Origin: Octopus vulgaris
Taxonomy: Eukaryota
Direction of reading: 5' to 3'
NCBI GenBank assembly: GCA_951406725.2
Contig: OX597816.1
Span: forward strand, 26,660,001-26,724,000
Length of the DNA stretch: 64,000 bases
The position numbers and the translations under genes are program-made. Positions 55,357 to 64,000 of this stretch are shown piece by piece. How positions within the stretch are numbered: the stretch's first letter is position 1; each line of letters starts with the position of its first letter. Under the pieces are notes generated by a model, which was not told the origin of the DNA, did not search any database, and saw nothing but the letters and a program-made list of their open reading frames with translations.

Positions 55357-56174
55357 GCACAGGAGTGGCTGTGTGGTAAGTAGCTTGCTTACCAACCACA
55401 TGGTTCCAGGTTCAGTCTCACTGTGTGGCACCTTGTGCAAGTGTCTTCTACTATAGCCTCAGGCCACCCAAAGCCCTGTGAGTGGATTTGGTAGATGGAA
55501 ACTGAAAGAAGCCCATCATATATATGTATGTATGTATGCGTGTGTATATATTTTTGTGTGTCTGTTGTTGTCCCCTCAACATCGCTTGACAACTGATGCT
55601 GGTGTGTTTACTTTCCATAACTTAGCAATTCAGCAAAAGAGACTGATAGAATAAGTACTAGATTTACAAAGAAAATGTCCTGGGGTCGATTTGTTTGACT
55701 AAACGCGGTGCTCCAGCATGGCCACAGTCAAATGACTGAAACAAGTAAAAGAGTAAAGAGTAAATGCATATACTCTTTCTCTTTTTACTCTTTTACTTGT
55801 TTCAGTCATTTGACTGCGGCCATGCTGGAGCAACGTCTTTAGTCGAGCATATCGACCCCGGGACTTATTCTTTGTAAGCCTAGTATTTATTCTATCGGTC
55901 TCTTTTGCCAAACCGCTAAGTGACGGGGACGTAAACACACCAGCATCGGTTGTCAAGCAATGCTAGGGGGACAAACACAGACACACAAACACATACACAC
56001 ACATACATATATACGACAGGCTTCTTTCAGTTTCCATCTACCAAATCCACTCACAAGGCATTGGTCGGCCCGAGGCTATAGCAGAAAACACTTGCCCAAG
56101 GTGCCACGCAGTGGGACTGAACCCGGAAACATGTGGCTGGTTAGCAAACTACTTACCACACAGCCACTCCTGCG

Positions 56175-56176
<2 letters not shown>
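55357..56176. mobile_element. Tail-to-tail pair of SINE B copies (+ 55357-55765; - 55773-56176)
   Basis: Two full copies in opposite orientation separated by about 10 nt. Confidence 0.85.
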
Positions 56177-56217
<41 letters not shown>

Positions 56218-56865
56218 ATCATCATCATTCATCCGTTTTCTAAGCTGGCATGGGTTCTCCAGTTTGAGAGAAGCTGTGCAACTGAAGGGCTGTTCAGGCT
56301 CCAGTAGTCTGTTTTGGCATGGTTTCCACGGTTGAGAGTGTACTGAGTGCTTTTTACATGACACCAGCACCTATGTCTTTATATATACACACACATACAT
56401 AATATATATGTGTGTGCTTTTTTGTGTCTGTGTTTACCTGTCACCACCACTTGACCACCAGTGTTGGTCTGTTTATATTCCCATTACTTAGCAGTTCAGC
56501 AAAAGTGACCGATAGAATAAGTACCAGGTTCTAAAAAAAAGAGACAGCTGAGGAGTGGATGTGTGGTAAATAACTTGCTTACTAACCACATGGTCCCAGG
56601 TTTAGTCCCACTGCATAGCACTTTCAGCAAGTGTCTTCTACTATAGCCTCGGGCTGACCTAAGCCTTGTGAGTGAATTTGGTTGAGGGAAACTGAAAGAA
56701 GCCCATCGATATATATATATATATAAATTGAATTCTTTATATATATATATATAATTATATATATATATATATATATATAATTATTATTTGAGGGAATAAA
56801 ATCCAAACTTAAAAGGAAAAAGAATTCAATTTAGAAATACTAAATCAAATTCCACACAATATAAT

Positions 56866-57121
56866 ATATATATATAAAATATTAGAAAAAAACACCTTTT
56901 ATCAATTCAAAATGAATAATTAAATTACACCATCTAGAAAATTACATATAATAGAAAAGTTAAAATAATAGGTACCTATTATATACATTATATTATTTTT
57001 GTAATTTACTTAATCTTTACTTTCTATTGTTATTTTAATTTTAACTTTTCTATTATATGTAATTTTCTAGATGGTGTAATTTAATTATTCATTTTGAATT
57101 GATAAAAGGTGTTTTTTTCTA

Positions 57122-57136
<15 letters not shown>
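56866..57136. repeat. AT-rich fold-back inside the (TA)n of a SINE B copy (56550-57380)
   Basis: Reverse-complement arms of about 100 bp flanked by TA runs. Confidence 0.85.
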
Positions 57137-57163
<27 letters not shown>

Positions 57164-57532
57164 CATATATTTTTGTGTGTTTGTCCCCCACCATTGCTTG
57201 ACAACCAACGCTGGTGTGTTTATGTTCCCATAACTTAACGGTTTGGCAAAAGAGCCCGATAGAATAAGTACTAGGCTTACAAAGAATAAGTCCTGGGGCA
57301 GGGGCTGGGGGTCAGTTTGCTCGACTAAAGGTGGTGCTCCAGCATGGTCACTGTCAAATGACTGAAACAAATAAAAGAAAGAAAAGTATATACTGGAGTC
57401 AATTCATTCAATTCAAAAGATTCTTAGAGGTGGTGTTCCAGCATGGCCGCAGTCTAATGACTGAAACAAAAGATGGAAGATAAAAGATAACCCTCACTGC
57501 TCTTATCCTGTTTTTCTATCATTACTTCTTAA

Positions 57533-57753
57533 CCCTTTGGCATTTAAACTGGCCATATCCGGCCAAAAGTATTCTGCCTGTTTTATGTTCAAACTGGCCA
57601 GATCTGGTCTCTCACACCAACCCTACAATATCGTTTGAAAAATTAACAGCTACCTCATCAAAATCTCATAGCTATAAGATAATGCATGATTAGTTCAAAA
57701 CAATGTGAATGAAAAAGGGTTAATTTTGGCAGAATAATATGAACACTAAAGAG
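57533..57753. mobile_element. piggyBac-type MITE
   Basis: ttaa|ccctttgg...ctaaagag|ttaa. Confidence 0.55.
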
Positions 57754-57982
57754 TTAAATGAAGTCACTGTATAATTGAGGATGCTCTTCAGACATGTTGA
57801 GGACATGACAATCTCTCCAGTATTGGCACCATGATAAATGGTATTCAGTATACTCTGTAAAATAGTTGGTGTTAGAAGGCACATTCAGCTATAGAAATCA
57901 TGCCAAAAGTTGAATTGACCAGTGAGACATTGTTCCCTCCTCCCGCCCCATCTAACAAGGCAGTCACTTTGAGTAAAATGTA

Positions 57983-60463
57983 ACTCTGACCATAACAGTG
58001 TATCTAATCCAGACTCAGACCATGACAGTGTATCTAATCCAGACTCAGACCATGACTGTATCTAATCCAGACTCAGACCATGACAGTGTATCTAATCCAG
58101 ACTCGGATCATAACAGTGTATCTAATCCAGACTCAGACCATAACAGTGTATCTAATCCAGACTCAGACCATAACAGTGTATCTAATCCAGACTCAGACCA
58201 TAACAGTGTATCTAATCCAGACTCGGATCATAACAGTGTATCTAATCCAGACTCGGATCATAATAGTGTATCTAATCCAGACTCAGACCATGACAGTGTA
58301 TCTAATCCAGACTCAGACCATGACTGTATCTAATCCAGACTCAGACCATAACAGTGTATCTAATCCAGACTCAGACCATAACAGTGTATCTAATCCAGAC
58401 TCGGATCATAATAGTGTATCTAATCCAGACTCAGACCATGACAGTGTATCTAATCCAGACTCAGACCATGACTGTATCTAATCCACACTCAGACCATGAC
58501 AGTGTATCTAATCCAGACTCAGACCATAACAGTGTATCTAATCCAGACTCAGACCATAACAGTGTATCTAATCCAGACTCAGACCATGACAGTGTATCTA
58601 ATCCAGACTCAGACCATAACAGTGTATCTAATCCAGACTCAGACCATAACAGTGTATCTAATCCAAACTCAGACCATGACAGTGTATCTAATCCAGACTC
58701 AGACCATAACAGTGTATCTAATCCAGACTCAGACCATAACAGTGTATCTAATCCAGACTCAGACCATGACAGTGTATCTAATCCAGACTCTGACCATGAC
58801 AGTGTATCTAATCCAGACTCAGACCATGACAGTGTATCTAATCCAGACTCAGATCATAACAGTGTATCTAATCCAGACTCAGACCATAACAGTGTATCTA
58901 ATCCAGACTCAGACCATAACAGTGTATCTAATCCAGACTCAGACCATAACAGTGTATCTAATCCAGACTCAGACCATAACAGTGTATCTAATCCAGACTC
59001 GGATCATAATAGTGTATCTAATCCAGACTCAGACCATGACAGTGTATCTAATCCAGACTCAGACCATAACAGTGTATCTAATCCAGACTCAGACCATGAC
59101 AGTGTATCTAATCCAGACTCGGACCATGACAGTGTATCTAATCCAGACTCGGATCATGACAGTGTATCTAATCCAGACTCAGACCATGACAGTGTATCTA
59201 ATCCAGACTCAGACCATGACAGTGTATCTAATCCAGACTCAGACCATAACAGTGTATCTAATCCAGACTCAGACCATAACAGTGTATCTAATCCAGACTC
59301 GGATCATGACAGTGTATCTAATCCAGACTCGGATCATAACAGTGTATCTAATCCAGACTCAGACCATAACAGTGTATCTAATCCAGACTCAGACCATGAC
59401 AGTGTATCTAATCCAGACTCGGATCATAACAGTGTATCTAATCCAGACTCAGACCATGACAGTGTATCTAATCCAGACTCGGATCATAACAGTGTATCTA
59501 ATCCAGACTCAGACCATAACAGTGTATCTAATCCAGACTCAGACCATGACAGTGTATCTAATCCAGACTCGGATCATAACAGTGTATCTAATCCAGACTC
59601 AGACCATGACAGTGTATCTAATCCAGACTCAGACCATAACGGTGTATCTAATCCAGACTCAGACCATGACAGTGTATCTAATCCACACTCAGACCATGAC
59701 AGTGTATCTAATCCACACTCAGACCATGACAGTGTATCTAATCCAGACTCAGACCATGACAGTGTATCTAATCCAGACTCAGACCATGACAGTGTATCTA
59801 ATCCAGACTCAGACCATGACAGTGTATCTAATCCAGACTCGGATCATGACAGTGTATCTAATCCAGACTCGGATCATGACAGTGTATCTAATCCAGACTC
59901 GGATCATGACAGTGTATCTAATCCAGACTCAGACCATGACAGTGTATCTAATCCAGACTCAGACCATGACAGTGTATCTAATCCAGACTCAGACCATGAC
60001 AGTGTATCTAATCCAGACTCAGACCATGACAGTGTATCTAATCCAGACTCAGACCATGACAGTGTATCTAATCCAGACTCGGATCATGACAGTGTATCTA
60101 ATCCAGACTCAGACCATGACAGTGTATCTAATCCAGACTCAGACCATGACAGTGTATCTAATCCAGACTCAGACCATGACAGTGTATCTAATCCAGACTC
60201 AGACCATGACAGTGTATCTAATCCAGACTCAGACCATGACAGTGTATCTAATCCAGACTCGGATCATAACAGTGTATCTAATCCAGACTCAGACCATGAC
60301 AGTGTATCTAATCCAGACTCAGACCATGACAGCGTATCTAATCCAGACTCAGACCATGTCAGTGTATCTAATCCAGACTCAGACCATGACAGCGTATCTA
60401 ATCCAGACTCAGACCATGACAGTATATCTAATCCAGACTCAGACCATGACAGTGCATCTAATC
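57983..60463. repeat. 30-bp minisatellite, about 83 copies
   Basis: Unit AGTGTATCTAATCCAGACTCAGACCATGAC with recurrent variants and three 2-bp deletions near the left end; no spacers. Confidence 0.97.
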
Positions 60464-61815
60464 TCGCAACACCAGCATGGAAAGTCGATATAAAATGATG
60501 ATGATGATGATGAAGTGTATGTGTGTGCATGCTTACATACATATATACACTCACTTTATATATTTGGGTTGTCTACAAATATATGGGTTTTTTTTTATAT
60601 TCAAATCATGGCTATTAATTTACAAAACTATACACACACACACACACACATCCACCTATCCATACATACATATACGTATGTACATTCATATGTGCATATG
60701 AATGCATGTACAACCAGCTCCATGGTGGAAAGTGAAGTTTAAGACCATGCTGTAGGTGCAAGGGTAAGCTTAAAGTTAACCTGAAAATGACAAGGATTTT
60801 CAAAGAAATATTTGAAAAATCTGCATTGAATCATAACAAATAGAGATTAACATGCTATAAGAACAATGATATTGAGCTGTGTGGATCATCTTCAAGAAAT
60901 AAGAGCAATGACAAAGTCTCGAACTAATATGCCATCAAAATAAAACAGAACTCTAAGAGTACTTTTATATGGTTGTTTTTACCTGCCAGAAATAGCAACT
61001 AAATCATACTCTACCATCTTAAAATTGGGAAGGACATATTGAATAATGTAGTTCTAGATACAATCATCATCATCATTTAGCGTCCGCTTTCCATGCTAGC
61101 ATGGGTTGGAAGGTTCAACTGGGGTCTGGGAGGCCAGAAGGCTGCACCAGGCCCAGTTTGATCTGGCAATATTTCTACGGCTGGATGCCCTTCCTAACGC
61201 CAACCACTCCATGAGTGTAGTGGGTGCTTTTTACGTGCCAGACGGGGCTGGCAAACGGCCATACTTTAAACATACATGCATACTTGTAACATGTGTACAT
61301 CCACATGATCGCAAAATCATGGTTTCAATTCAATATGGTTGCAAAATAATATGAGATTGTTCTAGCTGGAATCACAGTTAACAAGAAGCCACAAAACAAT
61401 AACAAAAACTTTTTTTAATTGCTTAAAGAAATGTTTTTTTGTCTTTCTTTTAATTGGTAGCAGCAAGTGCTGAGAGTTTGTTTCCTACTAAAATAAATCT
61501 TTCAGAAACATGATGTGAGATTATCCTTTTTATTTTGTTTACTTTGTCTCTAGGATTTCGAATAAATTTCAGCTGTTCAATGAAACAACAAATTTTAATA
61601 AGTTCATTGTTTCTTTTATTTATTTTATACATGATTTATGTTCATTTTTATTTGTTTAAAACTCATGAGCAGCTGTCAGTGCATGATATTCAGACTGTTT
61701 TATGTTTATTTTTAATTCCAAAACCTTATTACCAAGAGTATATAAGTAATCAATAGTAGAGAAAGCTACATATAGGAGTTCCTACAAACAGTGTATTATT
61801 AACTCCTCTGTGATA

Positions 61816-62203
61816 TCTTTATATATAAAAGTCAAGTTGTGTGTCTGTCTCCTACGATTTAGATTCCTAACTACTCCCACATTTTGCAGTGCAGTTTAAC
61901 CAAAACCGGGTATCTTATAGTCGTGATTCATATCGAGCCCTTCTGGGTATTAGCATGAGTCTACGATTTTAAAAATAATTTACCATCATTTTTTTCCATT
62001 TTAATGCATTTTTTCGCTATTATATAAGGGAAGTAACTCTCTAAAAATGTCTCCGATGAGTCAACGATTTAAAAAAAAATTTACCATAATTCTTTTTTCC
62101 ATTTTTAATGCATTTTTTTGCTATTTTTTGGCTATAACTCTCTAAAAATGCTTATATAGTTATTTCCCTTACAAACCTGAGCAACGCCGGGCGAAACTGC
62201 TAG
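61816..62203 (+). mobile_element. Non-autonomous Helitron
   Basis: a|TCtttatatata...hairpin CTAG|t; 3' part matches 1-146. Confidence 0.8.
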
Positions 62204-62328
62204 TTACTGTATATTACTATGACAGTTAGCAGATGCCTGAGGACTAAGCCTTAACGGACTCCAACCTTAATGCTAATTTTATCACTGAATTCATTATTGA
62301 GTCTCGTTTTACTGACTGTATCTTTGTA

Positions 62329-63654
62329 CAAGGTGGTCTCAAAAAGTTCTCAGTCTAGCTATGTTTAATATAAAAAAAAATAACTTATTTACATAAGTTT
62401 TAACATCATCTCCCTCAAAGTAGTCACCTTGCACTGCAATACACAGTCCCAGCATTCCTGCCACTTATAGAATCTGGCCTGGTAGTCATTTTCTGTGAGT
62501 CGAGGACTTCCAGCGCTCTGCACTGGATATCGACAGTGAGGTTTAAAGTGGCGACCTTTGAGCTGCATTTTCATCTTGGGGAAGAGGTGGAAGTCAGCAG
62601 GTGATAGATCTAGTGAATAGGTCAGGTGCGGAAGCAATACCATGTTTATGGCAAGAATCTTATGAATGAGGAGAGTTTAGTGACGGATTGCATTGCCATC
62701 GTGATCCACAGTTCCAGTCATTTTCATTGAATGTTCTCCCTCGGATATTTCAAAACGTCACAGTAGAACTCTCAATTGATGGTCTGGCCCTGAGGAACAA
62801 ATTCTCGATGCACAATACCACATTTCCAGGAGTGACACCCATGGCAGGTCTTCCAGATTGCTCATCATCTCCCAGGAACATTTTTCGGATCTTTTCGGTT
62901 TGAATGGCAGTTTTTTCTAGCAGTGTCATATGAAATTGTCACCAATAATTATGACCCTAGAATCGATCTATTGCATTTCAATCTGTTTTAGGGTTAGGAG
63001 TGGGGGAAGGGTATCTTTTTTTCTTCACAAATGTAAATAAACCCAATCTGTTTCTTAAATGAGGGACATATTCATACGGCACAGAATGCTTTTTAACTCA
63101 ATAGATGTCATTGATTGGTTGAAATTGCAGAAATTGAAGAAAAAAAAAACAACAAATATCTTACAGACTATAGAATTTTCTCAATAAAGCCAAGAGAAAA
63201 AGATGTTTTATAAACACATTCTACTAGTATACAAAGTTTAAAATTTTTTAGTTACCTAGAAATTATGTTTAAAAACTACCATTCAAACCGAAAAGATCCC
63301 ATTTTTCTTCTTTTGAAGTACCCATGGCCACTTGAAACACTGCATAGAGCCAATTGCCTTGTTGCCGTAATCATGCCAAAGCATGCTCAATGTCCGTGTA
63401 GCAGACTTCCCAAGTTTAACGCAAAATTTCACATTGGCTCTTTGTTCCTGTTAATGATAAATTCAGACCACAGCATACGCATGATCACAAAAACACAAAT
63501 TTCCCAACTTGCAAAGTAAACACAACAATGTCACTCAGTACACTGCACACTGCCCCACGAAGGTCACTGCTAGCTCTCACTGCGCATGCAACTGTGTGCT
63601 GCCATCTGTTGATATGCTACAGAACAAGTTCAGGAACTTTTTGATACCACCTCG
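62329..63654 (-). mobile_element. Decayed mariner transposon containing a MITE at 62887-63299
   Basis: TA|caaggtggtctcaaaaagttc ... gaactttttgataccacctcg|TA. Peptide LPHLTYSLDLSPADFHLFPKMK is the YSPDLAP motif. The nested MITE has an 8-bp TSD catttttc. Confidence 0.85.
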
Positions 63655-63664
63655 TACATAGTTT

Positions 63665-64000
63665 GTACACCCTGTATAAGCTATTTGTCTTCAACTAATC
63701 TCTTTAATGACCAACCAAATTACTGAATTACCCTGTCAAAAGGCCTTTACCCAATCGATGAATACCCTGAATAGTGGTTTACTCTCAGCCAAGTATTTCT
63801 CCTTCACTTGTCTCACTAGGAAGATTGCATCCATGATGCCTATTCTAGGCACAAAGCCAAACTGCATCTCATCTAGGTTTACTGTTTCAAATCAATTATG
63901 TTGTGACTCTCTCTATGACTTTCATAGCTTATCCAGCCTGGGTGATTACCATGTATTCTTTCTTACCAAATATTTTAAGCATCTCTGCAACTATCCTTGA
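63665..64000 (-). mobile_element. RTE LINE RT fragment (runs off the window)
   Basis: Minus strand reads DEMQFGFVPRIGIMDAIFLVRQVKEKYL...FIDWVKAFDR. Confidence 0.8.

Noticed and set aside
57983-60463. CRISPR-like array of 30-bp repeats
   Set aside because: Units are head-to-tail with no unique spacers, there are no cas genes, and the context is eukaryotic.
58354-60498. 714-aa and 665-aa ORFs (SD-rich adhesin or dentin-like protein)
   Set aside because: Both follow automatically from a stop-free 30-bp unit. 2-bp deletions shift the frames and there is no non-repetitive coding context.

Overview
Eukaryotic, AT-rich and very repeat-dense genomic DNA. The SINE families, long (TA)n/(CA)n/(TATG)n microsatellites and TE spectrum suggest an Octopus-like cephalopod (inference). 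The only convincing host gene is the 3' part of a cytosolic sulfotransferase: 4 GT-AG exons, 3276-9358, + strand, with its first coding exon upstream of the window. The rest is transposon debris: two tRNA-derived SINE families, R4/Dong, CR1-like, L1/Tx1, RTE and RTE-X LINEs, Penelope-like elements (PLEs), a decayed Gypsy element, a probable solo LTR, non-autonomous Helitrons, hAT/mariner/piggyBac-type MITEs and a 2.5-kb 30-bp minisatellite. The most interesting hidden signal is RNA-structural. There are several hammerhead-ribozyme motifs (one with a fully canonical core beside a PLE RT, two minimal copies, a G3-C8 covariant and a permuted candidate) and about 10 unrelated fold-back hairpins, mostly in or next to (TA)n tracts. 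These fit microsatellite-targeted, ribozyme-bearing PLE or retrozyme-like elements. Also notable: an unidentified decayed ORF abutting the Gypsy pol, an inverted locally templated insertion, and a LINE/SINE shared tail. All calls were made by eye and none is database-verified.
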